DNA of 64,000 nucleotides, taken from the IMG/VR virus record IMGVR_UViG_3300045988_113306; one strand, given 5' to 3'. Position 1 is the stretch's first letter, and every line of letters starts with the position of its first letter. Positions 27,029 through 35,000 of this stretch are shown here, piece after piece. Position numbers and translations under genes: made by a program. A model generated the notes under the pieces. The model saw only the letters and a program-made list of their open reading frames with translations, was not told the origin of the DNA and made no database searches. The DNA comes from a virus.

Positions 27029-28981
27029 TCAAAGGATTGTCAGTTCGGGATAATGCTTGTCTGCCGACAAGGTGACTACCTGTCGTCCGTGGGTATCAGG
27101 AATCTCCGATGTGAAATGCTCAAAGTCATCAATGAACACCGGCACATTCACACCGTATCGCTTGCACAATGCGTTGCTGATGTCAATTCCTATTATAGTC
27201 TTGTTGGCATGGTTGGTGCTGCCTCGGTCTACGCTGTTTATCGTCAGGGTACAAGTGTCCACCAACGCACCAGACTTGGCGATTTCGACCATCTCGACAT
27301 GGGAATGTTCAAGGTACTCATTCGCACGGTTGCGGACGGTATCGGCCCATTCACGCTCGCGCTCAATAAGGTTGTTCAAAATGCCCTCCCATTTGGCCAA
27401 CTCAACGCCTGTGTTGCGTTTGTTGTCCTCATAACTCTTGATGTCGCGCATACATTTGTCATGTGTGTCACGACGCACCACAATCTTGGTCAACGCCTCG
27501 ATGTCCTGAACCAACTGTCGGCTTTCATCTTGCAACTTTGCGGAATTCACGGTGGGTACTTCGGTCAACGAAGCCTCCTTGTCCTCAACCAACTTGAGTA
27601 TGGACTTCGCTTCCTCTGTATTTTCAAAAGAAACGAAGTCCGCTCTTAATTTATTGATTTGCTCCGTGATTGCGGCCGTATCAATATATGCGGGTATCGC
27701 GTTGTTTATCGCATGCTTCTCGGACTCCAACTTTGCGAGTCGGGACTTTTGTATTTCAAGGCGCTCCACGGTCTTTTTACCACGTTCCACTATCGGAGCC
27801 CGCTGCTTGTCTATGTCCTCGTAGAACTTAGTGCGTAATTGGGCTATTTGGTCGGCGGGTAGTTCCTGTCCGCAGTTGGGGCAAACGGTGTCTGAGAACT
27901 CTCGGCTTTTCATCTCCATGTTTTGCTCACGCAGCTTGGTGACTTCTTGCTCCAAATACTCAATGTCCTCTCGGCACATCTTGATTTCCGCCTTGCGGTT
28001 CGCCACAGTCTGTTCATTGCTCTTGATTATGCGCTCGATTTCTGCATTGTTGTCCTCGGCCTTAGACAATTGGTACTCCAACAGCATAACTGCATTGCGG
28101 AGTTTAGCATTGTAAGCGTCCTCCGCATCGTTATATTGGTTTTTTAACGCACGAATCTCGGCAAGCTCGTTGTTGCGCTTCTCCACATAAGGTTTGTTGG
28201 CCTCCTCCAAGCCGAGGATTTCCTTGTTGATTTCCTCAATGCGGGCCTTCTTTTCGGCAATTTGGCGTTCTGCGTCATCAACTGGGCCTAAATCGGGCAG
28301 TTGGCGGTTGGTAGCCTTGATGTCCGCCTCTATTTCCGCAATCTGCTGCTTGAGCGGAGCAATCTGTTGACGCATATATTCCTTGGCCTTCTCACTGTCC
28401 TTATACTTCTCCAAGTATTGCAGGGCCGATGTATAGTCACCCTTAAACTCGCTTTCGTCTATGCTGCCGACGATTTCGGCAAAGTGCTTGCGCAAGTCAC
28501 GCCAATCAAGCATCTGATAATAACGAATGTCAATGGCAAGTTTCAGCTTCTCCACATCCATGCCGAACACCTCGACGACCTTGTCGCGATAAGTGGCGGC
28601 CGACACCTCCAAGTCGTCAACATAGAACTTATACTCGTCGGACTTGTCCTTGACATATTCCGAGCTACCGCGAGGACGAACCCACTTCGGCTTTGCCTGA
28701 CGCTTGAACAGGTATTCAACACCGTCGCAGTCAACAGCCACCTCGGAAACCGCCCAATTGGCGTTCTCAGGAGAGAATGGGAGCGTGGAATCGAACAAGT
28801 CATAGTTCGTGCGATTCAGCTCGTCGACGCCTGTAAGGCACCATTTCACGGCCACGAACAAAGTGGTCTTTCCCGTTCCGTTGTAACCGGCCACATCCGT
28901 GCGAGCATCCTTGAAGTCAACCCGGAACGTATGACCACGGAAGTTTGTCAACTGGGCCGTCTTAATCTTTATCTCCCTCAT
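27029..28981 (-). CDS. Rad50/SbcC-like AAA ATPase with zinc hook
   Basis: FRGH...GYNGTGKTT Walker A, long central coiled coil with CPNCGQ hook, C-terminal VFIDDFEHF Walker B. Confidence 0.6.
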   Translation of the reverse strand: MREIKIKTAQLTNFRGHTFRVDFKDARTDVAGYNGTGKTTLFVAVKWCLTGVDELNRTNYDLFDSTLPFSPENANWAVSEVAVDCDGVEYLFKRQAKPKWVRPRGSSEYVKDKSDEYKFYVDDLEVSAATYRDKVVEVFGMDVEKLKLAIDIRYYQMLDWRDLRKHFAEIVGSIDESEFKGDYTSALQYLEKYKDSEKAKEYMRQQIAPLKQQIAEIEADIKATNRQLPDLGPVDDAERQIAEKKARIEEINKEILGLEEANKPYVEKRNNELAEIRALKNQYNDAEDAYNAKLRNAVMLLEYQLSKAEDNNAEIERIIKSNEQTVANRKAEIKMCREDIEYLEQEVTKLREQNMEMKSREFSDTVCPNCGQELPADQIAQLRTKFYEDIDKQRAPIVERGKKTVERLEIQKSRLAKLESEKHAINNAIPAYIDTAAITEQINKLRADFVSFENTEEAKSILKLVEDKEASLTEVPTVNSAKLQDESRQLVQDIEALTKIVVRRDTHDKCMRDIKSYEDNKRNTGVELAKWEGILNNLIEREREWADTVRNRANEYLEHSHVEMVEIAKSGALVDTCTLTINSVDRGSTNHANKTIIGIDISNALCKRYGVNVPVFIDDFEHFTSEIPDTHGRQVVTLSADKHYPELTIL

Positions 28982-29151
28982 TTCTTTGCAGCTTCGATAG
29001 ATACTTTGCGATACTCCTTCAGCATCTTTTAAAGTTCAAGGGATGCCTTGCGGGCACGAGCGCCAGCGGCCTTGTTTCCGTTTACGTTAGCCTGCATTTC
29101 TTTTGAAAACACAATCATTAATGATTGGATGTCATTGTAAATCTTTTCCAT
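28978..29151 (-). pseudogene. Bacteroidota histone H1-like (Hc1-type) protein with in-frame TAA
   Basis: MEKIYNDIQSLMIVFSKEMQANVNGNKAAGARARKASLEL*KMLKEYRKVSIEAAKK*; TAA at 29029-29031; terminal TGA overlaps the SbcC-like ATG. Confidence 0.5.
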
Positions 29152-29178
29152 TTCGTAGTGGTTTATAAGTTAATAATG

Positions 29179-29601
29179 TTAGTTTCCTGTTGAGCCATAT
29201 CCGCCAGCGCCGCGTTCGGTTTCGGACAATTCATCCGATTCTACCAACGTGATTTGAGGGTATGGCATAATAATGAGTTGACCTATGCGGTCGCCGATAT
29301 TGTAGATATTATGCTTACTTGATGTCGGATAAAATTTAAATGACACCTCGCCGCGATAGCCACTATCGATAACGCCGACGCAGTTTGACAACGCTAAATC
29401 CTTTTTCGATATGGAGCTACGAGGGAATATCAAACCGACATATCCTTTCGGTATCTCAAATGCCAATCCAGTGCCATATACGAAATATCCACGGTTGTCT
29501 ATGTTCATGGATGTCGCCGTGAGGTCGAGGCCCGCATCGCCGTCCTTGGCATAGGAAGGGATTACAGCGTATGGATGCAGTTTCTTGACTTTTACATCCA
29601 T
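29179..29601 (-). CDS. dut: dUTP diphosphatase
   Basis: DAGLDL, GVIDSGYRGE, RGAGGYGSTG motifs. Confidence 0.9.
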   Translation of the reverse strand: MDVKVKKLHPYAVIPSYAKDGDAGLDLTATSMNIDNRGYFVYGTGLAFEIPKGYVGLIFPRSSISKKDLALSNCVGVIDSGYRGEVSFKFYPTSSKHNIYNIGDRIGQLIIMPYPQITLVESDELSETERGAGGYGSTGN

Positions 29602-29602
29602 A

Positions 29603-29959
29603 TCACCATCCTCCGTATTGGTCTTGCTGTGATGGGGCGGAATGCTGTCCGCCGTCGGCGTTGTAAGCCTGCTTCTCCTTTGCGTTGCCGATGAACGGCT
29701 TAGCCTTGATAGCGTCTACGCCAAGGCGGTCGATGGTTTCCTTGTTGTATTTCAGCTTCAGCGAATGTGAGTCGCCGTATTGACTGTTACGGCTTTCGTA
29801 CATGTTTACGCCAAGGTATGCGGCGGTTCCGCTTTCGTTGACGAAAATGTCGGCTGTGTCTATCGGTATGATTACCGCACGCTTGCCCGTGTTCGGGTTG
29901 GTTTGGAGCGTTGCCCCGTCAATCTTCAGGAGATTGATGTTAAGTGAATAATTAGCCAT
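29603..29959 (-). CDS. hypothetical protein, 118 aa, paralogue of 26397..27023
   Basis: See 26397..27023; C-terminus QQDQYGGW. Confidence 0.45.
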   Translation of the reverse strand: MANYSLNINLLKIDGATLQTNPNTGKRAVIIPIDTADIFVNESGTAAYLGVNMYESRNSQYGDSHSLKLKYNKETIDRLGVDAIKAKPFIGNAKEKQAYNADGGQHSAPSQQDQYGGW

Positions 29960-29998
29960 ACTTGTTGTAGTGGTTTATATGTTGTTAATAATACACTG

Positions 29999-30032
29999 CA
30001 AAGATACTAAATATATTTGGAATAATTGCAAA
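29999..30032 (-). promoter_or_regulatory. Bacteroidota-type promoter (TTTG-N22-TATCTTTG on minus strand)
   Basis: -7 box 29999-30006, -33 box 30029-30032, 40 nt upstream of ATG 29959. Confidence 0.5.
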
Positions 30033-30047
30033 TGTTTATAGGAATTT

Positions 30048-30314
30048 TTACAAAACTTCGCCGTCCTTGATTATCAGTCCTTTTATCTCGTCTATGCGGA
30101 TGTATTGCGTTTCCGTCGATATTGTTTCAAGTGGCTCAAGGTAATTGATGTTGCACAATACGCCACCATCGGCGTAATTAGCCTGAAAAACACGGCCATC
30201 CGCGACAACACCGCAAAAATAGACGTAACTGCGCTTGTTGTCGTAAGGGCTCCTGATTAGCAACGGCTTCCCGTTGTCGTCGTCAGTCAACAGATTTATG
30301 TTCTTCCAGTTCAT
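30048..30314 (-). CDS. hypothetical protein, 88 aa
   Basis: Track ORF 30048..30548 shortened to ATG 30314 (MNWKNINLL), which overlaps the upstream stop (ATGA). Confidence 0.5.
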   Translation of the reverse strand: MNWKNINLLTDDDNGKPLLIRSPYDNKRSYVYFCGVVADGRVFQANYADGGVLCNINYLEPLETISTETQYIRIDEIKGLIIKDGEVL

Positions 30315-30481
30315 TTCTTCTCTATTTTGAATCCGTATAAGACACAGAACAATGCAACGGCAAAGCCCCATACAAAAGGAATCCACAACGGGGATGTGAC
30401 CCATATCCACGGCCAATAAATCACCTTGGCCAACTTCAGGATTAAGAACACAATGAATACCACTATCGTTATCTTGTTCAT
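30311..30481 (-). CDS. small membrane protein, 56 aa
   Basis: Own translation MNKITIVVFIVFLILKLAKVIYWPWIWVTSPLWIPFVWGFAVALFCVLYGFKIEKK; ATGA overlaps at both ends. Confidence 0.5.
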   Translation of the reverse strand: MNKITIVVFIVFLILKLAKVIYWPWIWVTSPLWIPFVWGFAVALFCVLYGFKIEKK

Positions 30482-30687
30482 CTTCTAATGTTGTTTGTTT
30501 GTTGTTGGTTGTCAAACATTCGCTCGACCAATGCGTTCGCGACGACATTCATGACAAAGTCCCTGTCGTTCTCATTGGCCTTGTATTTGGGGTCGTCCAC
30601 CTTGCGCACATACGAAAGTATCTCGCTCAGCATCTCGTCGTTGCGACGGGCCAAGGACAAAAGCTCCGAATACTGCTCGTCCGTCAT
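30478..30687 (-). CDS. hypothetical protein, 69 aa
   Basis: Track ORF. Confidence 0.5.
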   Translation of the reverse strand: MTDEQYSELLSLARRNDEMLSEILSYVRKVDDPKYKANENDRDFVMNVVANALVERMFDNQQQTNNIRR

Positions 30688-30690
30688 GGC

Positions 30691-30948
30691 TCAGTCGTCA
30701 TAAAAGTTGCACATCCCGATGCACTGTCCCGAAAAACCGTCGAAGTCGGCCAACACGTAACGCGAATAGCCTCCCCATTCGGCAGGAAGCCGGTCGTCCT
30801 TGTCCGAGGCGAGGGATATGCGCACATTGTGTACATAAGGCATCTCGACCGCCAATATGCGTCGCAAGTCGTGAATCCCCGAAACCTCTATCGTCGTTTC
30901 AAGGCTCTCGGCCAACGAACCCCGATGAAACCTGAACAGCTTGCTCAT
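30691..30948 (-). CDS. hypothetical protein, 85 aa
   Basis: Track ORF 30691..31002 shortened to ATG 30948 (MSKLFRFHRG), ATGA overlap with upstream stop. Confidence 0.5.
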   Translation of the reverse strand: MSKLFRFHRGSLAESLETTIEVSGIHDLRRILAVEMPYVHNVRISLASDKDDRLPAEWGGYSRYVLADFDGFSGQCIGMCNFYDD

Positions 30949-31217
30949 GACTTCGGGTTCTCCTGTTCGGTGGAATTCTCGTCCTCCACGACAGGAGGAC
31001 ACTCACAATGAAGCTCATTGAACTCGGTTTCAAGCTCAACGCGCAAACCGTTAAGGTAAATCAAGAAAGATTCCGGGTCGCTTCTCACGAGCTCGGACAC
31101 TCTATACCTGAAAGTCTGGGATTGGGTATCTCCAACTGTGATGCTCCTGATGAGCTCGTTGACCCCTTCGAGCTTGGAATAAATCTCGGTCGCTTTTTTG
31201 AATGTTTCTATGTCCAT
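30945..31217 (-). CDS. hypothetical protein, 90 aa
   Basis: Track ORF. Confidence 0.5.
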   Translation of the reverse strand: MDIETFKKATEIYSKLEGVNELIRSITVGDTQSQTFRYRVSELVRSDPESFLIYLNGLRVELETEFNELHCECPPVVEDENSTEQENPKS

Positions 31218-31223
31218 AGTCGG

Positions 31224-31703
31224 CTAAAGTTTCAGTTTGTCGTTGAGATGTGAGTCCGCAGCAGAATTGCAGACGTCTATGAAATCGGCATTGTCGCACA
31301 TCATGTCGGTGAGCACGTTCTGATTGGGAATGATGACGAACGACGCTATTTTCTGCGACAGCCGACGAAGCTCCTCCACATCCGACCGAAGCGAGAAGTC
31401 GTTCAGGTCAAGCTGGGAGAGCAGCGCCTTGGCTTCCTCCGAGCATTCATTCGCGAAGTCGGCGGCCAACGATATTTTCAGCAGCGCCTTGTAGACTGAG
31501 TTCTTGACGTCCTGCCCCTTGTCGTCGAGGACGTCCGCGAGCTTCATAGGCTGGTAACGCCTCGCCTCAATCAACTCCCGCTCCTTTTCCTGTATCTTTC
31601 CGTTGTTGGCCGACAGCCAAAACAAATCGTTGCGGCGCATGGCCGCCTGACGGTACGAATAGAGCTTTTCAAGCTCCCGTTCAAGTCTTTCAACCCTTGT
31701 CAT
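31224..31703 (-). CDS. hypothetical coiled-coil protein, 159 aa
   Basis: Track ORF 31224..31808 (GTG) shortened to ATG 31703 (MTRVERLEREL). Confidence 0.5.
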   Translation of the reverse strand: MTRVERLERELEKLYSYRQAAMRRNDLFWLSANNGKIQEKERELIEARRYQPMKLADVLDDKGQDVKNSVYKALLKISLAADFANECSEEAKALLSQLDLNDFSLRSDVEELRRLSQKIASFVIIPNQNVLTDMMCDNADFIDVCNSAADSHLNDKLKL

Positions 31704-31807
31704 TTCCTGTAAAAACAGCGAACCGCATGATGCACCACTACTATACACCACACGGAACGCATAATGAGTTCTTAATTCATGGAGGTAGTGGACTCCACTT
31801 TCAAGCA

Positions 31808-31839
31808 CAAAGATAAGTATTTATTCCTAATAATGCAAA
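31808..31839 (-). promoter_or_regulatory. Bacteroidota-type promoter (TTTG-N20-TATCTTTG on minus strand)
   Basis: -7 box 31808-31815, -33 box 31836-31839; about 100-nt leader. Confidence 0.5.
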
Positions 31840-31859
31840 TCAAACAAAGGCTTCATGCT

Positions 31860-32302
31860 TCACTTTGGAAGTGTCATCTTCGCAACAAATCCATAGCAAC
31901 TTGACAACCAATGACTCTCATTGTCAAACTCTCCGCCAGTAGTAGGCACTTCCTCCTCATTATTGACAAGAATTACATTATTCAAATAATAATATTTGGT
32001 GAAATTGAATATCATATATCCGACAAGGCCATCATTATCGCCAAATTCCATGTAATCAAAGAGAACGGGTTCTTGATTATAGTTACGACCTCTGCTCCAC
32101 ATTTGTGAAGATTCAACAATACTTGGCGCAACAATGAATAGTTCAAATTCTTCCGACGGCTCGTCACGCACTTTTCTCAAATAAAGACTTCTGCTGTTAA
32201 GCGGTATTTTATCAACTACGTCACCCCCCCCTCGGAAGAGCCACCGGCCTGTAAATCAGCAACATGCTCGGTGACTAACTTGTCTAATTTATACTTGTTC
32301 AT
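31860..32302 (-). pseudogene. hypothetical ORF interrupted at a G8 (plus-strand C8) tract
   Basis: ATG 32302 gives MNKYKLDKLVTEHVADLQAGGSSEGGVT*; a 9-nt tract would fuse it to track ORF 31860..32180. Confidence 0.5.
32224..32231. repeat. C8 homopolymer tract
   Basis: Counted directly in the sequence. Confidence 0.95.
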
Positions 32303-32319
32303 ATCAACATGTTTTGTCG

Positions 32320-32327
32320 CAAATTTA
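32320..32327 (-). promoter_or_regulatory. candidate -7 promoter box TAAATTTG
   Basis: CAAATTTA on plus strand, 17 nt upstream of ATG 32302. Confidence 0.35.
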
Positions 32328-32357
32328 CGACATTCGCACGACTAAAACAACAGTGTA

Positions 32358-33089
32358 TCAATCTTTTGCACTGAGAACACCGCAAAGCCCGTTCGACAGG
32401 ACGTTTATGAAGTAATTGGCTCCGTCCATCGTGATGCGAACCCTCGGCCTTATCAACTTGCGCTGACCTCCCCGCTTGGTGCGGTCTATCACGCTCATCA
32501 AGCCCAAGCTGATGGCCAATTCCGTCGGGTAGTCCGCACAACCCGGAACATACTGAAGAAAACCATGCTCATGTAGATACGCCACGAACAAACGACGCTG
32601 CATGGGCTTGCCGTTCCACTTTATGAGCCGCCCGACCTCCGAGAACGAATAATCCTTGTCCTGAATCCTCATGGCCGTGGTCACTATCGCGTCATTCTTG
32701 ACGACATCCTCCGTGGGAGTCGGCGGCACACAATTATGAATAGTCGTGCGACCCGTCGTCAGCAGCTCCTCAATTCGACGATTACACCACAAACCGAACA
32801 AAGGCGCAAGCCATCGCGCAAACTCCATAGCCACATCCTTGTGCATCCATGTGCCCTGCGTGGTCTGAATTGAGCCTCCGCCTTTTCGCGTTATCACAAG
32901 CTCCGAAACGCAGATTTTCGTTTCGGCAGAAACAGCCTCAATGTAATCTTTCGCTGCTTGCGTCTTGAGCCAATCATTCGGGCTCTTGTTAAAACCTCGC
33001 GCCATTTGAGTGGCACAAACATACACATTCTTGCCCCGTGAGAACGTAATCTTGCTACCGTTGTAGCTAAAGTCCTGATAATTAATCAT
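32358..33089 (-). CDS. KilA-N domain / antirepressor (KilAC-like C-terminus), copy 1
   Basis: FSYNGSKITF...KSPNDWLKT...GTWMHKDVAMEFARWLAPLFGLWCNRRIEELL; ATG at 33089 (MINYQDF). Confidence 0.7.
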   Translation of the reverse strand: MINYQDFSYNGSKITFSRGKNVYVCATQMARGFNKSPNDWLKTQAAKDYIEAVSAETKICVSELVITRKGGGSIQTTQGTWMHKDVAMEFARWLAPLFGLWCNRRIEELLTTGRTTIHNCVPPTPTEDVVKNDAIVTTAMRIQDKDYSFSEVGRLIKWNGKPMQRRLFVAYLHEHGFLQYVPGCADYPTELAISLGLMSVIDRTKRGGQRKLIRPRVRITMDGANYFINVLSNGLCGVLSAKD

Positions 33090-33144
33090 AAGACAAATAA
33101 AATAAAGTTCCCCTCCCGAGGCTACCACACACTCGAAAGGGGAA
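33090..33144 (-). promoter_or_regulatory. terminator-like hairpin in the leader of KilA-N copy 1
   Basis: 13-bp stem TTCCCCTTTCGAG/CTCGGGAGGGGAA (two G-U pairs), then CTTTATTTTATTT immediately before the ATG. Confidence 0.55.
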
Positions 33145-33196
33145 AACTTCAATATCTTACACCGAACGCCAGAGGTGGTAGGTGGCATCCACGACG

Positions 33197-33228
33197 CAAA
33201 GTTATAACATCTTTCCCGATATTCCAAA
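33197..33228 (-). promoter_or_regulatory. Bacteroidota-type promoter (TTTG-N20-TAACTTTG on minus strand)
   Basis: -7 box 33197-33204, -33 box 33225-33228. Confidence 0.55.
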
Positions 33229-33697
33229 CGATTTCAACAAAAATATGCCAAAAAACATGAGATAAGACAGCAGAATCTCACACTCCCGACCTTATTTCCA
33301 AGGTTTCCCCGCCATTATATAACGTATATTAGTACCCCATCCTAACATAGAAACACTATACTATGTATATACTATATATAAAGAAAAGAATAACTAAAGT
33401 TATTCTCAAAGAAGTGAAACTCCCCTCACAGCACGGCAATTGTTTGGAGTTGTCGACGCCTGAAAGGCACAAGACGAATCCAAGCCTTTGCCAGTGCGAC
33501 CCCAACGCCACACATAAAAAACGTGCATCATATTCTCATACAATGCACGCCATCCAAAAAGTTAACTTACCAATGCAATTTGAAACAAAAAACCAATCAT
33601 TGCTCGAACACAAAGGTAACACTTCCTGAACGAAAATAAAAAAAATAAAAATAAAAAATTTCGAGATGAGGTTGGGTGCAGCCAAAATGGCTATACA

Positions 33698-33705
33698 GGG
33701 GGGGG
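33698..33705. repeat. G8 homopolymer tract in non-coding DNA
   Basis: Counted directly. Confidence 0.95.
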
Positions 33706-33910
33706 CGGTATGTAGCATATATAGACAACAAAATCATAATGCCGTCTATTTGGCTCAGAAATGGCTCTATTTTCGATTTAAATATGTTAGACGATAATTT
33801 ATATATCTGAAATATTTTAGGCTGCCACAACGCAAATAAACGACCAATTGTCAAGCGTTGCACTTGAATAGTGTTATATAGCAATGTAACACCACTATTG
33901 TTGGTATCAT

Positions 33911-33968
33911 AATAAGTGTATATTTTACACTCAATCCTGCGATGCAGCAAACAACTATAAATTTAGTT
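33911..33968. repeat. control-region repeat block, copy 1
   Basis: AATAAGTGTATATTTTACAC, TGCGATGCAGC, then AACTATAAATTTAGTT. Confidence 0.8.
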
Positions 33969-34000
33969 TGCGCTCGTACTCAAATCACCCACACAACTAT

Positions 34001-34016
34001 AACTATAATTATAGTT
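34001..34016. repeat. perfect 16-bp palindrome AACTATAATTATAGTT
   Basis: Read directly; an extra half-site AACTAT lies immediately upstream. Confidence 0.9.
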
Positions 34017-34169
34017 TATCCACACAAAAACAAAGGGGCAATTAAGCACCCTTAACGTTATGCATGTGGCATATGCAAATATTATTCTTATTTTTATAAT
34101 CTATTAACAATTATTTACATTTTCCTTATATATAGTACCGCGTGCGAGTGTATCTATTACGGTTTCTGG

Positions 34170-34244
34170 AATAAGTGTATTTTTTACACTTATTATGTGC
34201 GCTGCATCAATTTTGCCGGCTAATCCTCAACTATAATTTTAGTT
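34170..34244. repeat. control-region repeat block, copy 2
   Basis: AATAAGTGTATTTTTTACACTTATT (10-bp-arm palindrome), TGCGCTGCATC, then AACTATAATTTTAGTT. Confidence 0.8.
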
Positions 34245-34363
34245 GTGTGAACTATGAATTGCCGTTTGAATGTTGGATATTGAGGTGTATTTGTAAATGA
34301 ATGTAAACTAAATTATGCTATTTGTTAAATAATATATAATATATGAAAAATTACGGCATAACA

Positions 34364-34395
34364 TTTGGTATTTGCAACCAAATGTTATAACTTTG
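34364..34395 (+). promoter_or_regulatory. Bacteroidota-type promoter (TTTG-N20-TAACTTTG) heading the rightward module
   Basis: -33 box 34364-34367, -7 box 34388-34395. Confidence 0.55.
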
Positions 34396-34812
34396 CTCCC
34401 GCAATCGAACATTGACACAATGAAATGGTGAAGTTAACACTAACGCAATTGATTTTGTGTGAATTATTACTTTTGAGTGAGCGTGTTAATGTAGCTATTT
34501 TGCGCTTTACCATTCAGATAAATTCCTGAGTTTCAGGAGGATTAAAAACGAGTTGAACCGTTAACAGGTGAACTATGTCCCAACTGAAACATGAATTAAT
34601 TGCCAATGGCGGGGCAAAAACCGCGTTGACAGCCAAAACCAATCTATTTTGTGAGTATTGAACTTATGTCGTAATTAAGGGATAAAGGGGCAAAATACAT
34701 ACGTTAATACAATTCCAAGCGAATAGGGCACGGGTTATTCCCATTACGTGTTAGAGCCAGGAAGCCGTGACGTTGGAATATAACGGGCAGGTTGCGTTCA
34801 TCGGAAAGACAT

Positions 34813-34880
34813 CGGGGAGATATGGAAACATTGAGCGGGTCGAGCCGCCTCCCCGAACCAACCAATTAAACTTACAATAT
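34813..34880 (+). promoter_or_regulatory. intergenic cassette 1: stem-loop plus ACCAAT box
   Basis: CGGGGAG/CTCCCCG stem; ACCAAT at 34861, 20 nt before the ATG. Confidence 0.6.
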
Positions 34881-35000
34881 ATGAAAGAGAAACTAATCAT
34901 AGGCGCGAAGTGCGTCGCCGTCATCGTGGCGTGTGTGTCAGCGGTAGTGTTGTTAATCGGATTCATGCGTGTGTGTGAGTCGATTGGATTTACAATGTGA
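34881..35000 (+). CDS. 39-aa membrane peptide
   Basis: MKEKLIIGAKCVAVIVACVSAVVLLIGFMRVCESIGFTM; ATG at the cassette-defined distance. Confidence 0.45.
   Translation: MKEKLIIGAKCVAVIVACVSAVVLLIGFMRVCESIGFTM

Noticed and set aside
28301-29032. 243-aa plus-strand ORF (and 27053..27649, 198 aa)
   Set aside because: Both are antisense to the Rad50/SbcC-like ATPase gene, which has Walker A/B motifs and a zinc hook.
30048-30548. 166-aa track ORF
   Set aside because: Its first 78 codons are an alternative frame of a well-formed 56-aa membrane-protein ORF (30311..30481), which is ATGA-coupled on both sides. I shortened the ORF to start at ATG 30314.
33363-33950. Track ORFs 33363..33629 (+), 33536..33718 (-) and 33597..33950 (-) in the control region
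   Set aside because: The DNA is AT-rich and low-complexity with homopolymer runs. The ORFs overlap each other in different frames and have no promoter or start context. I treated the region as non-coding.
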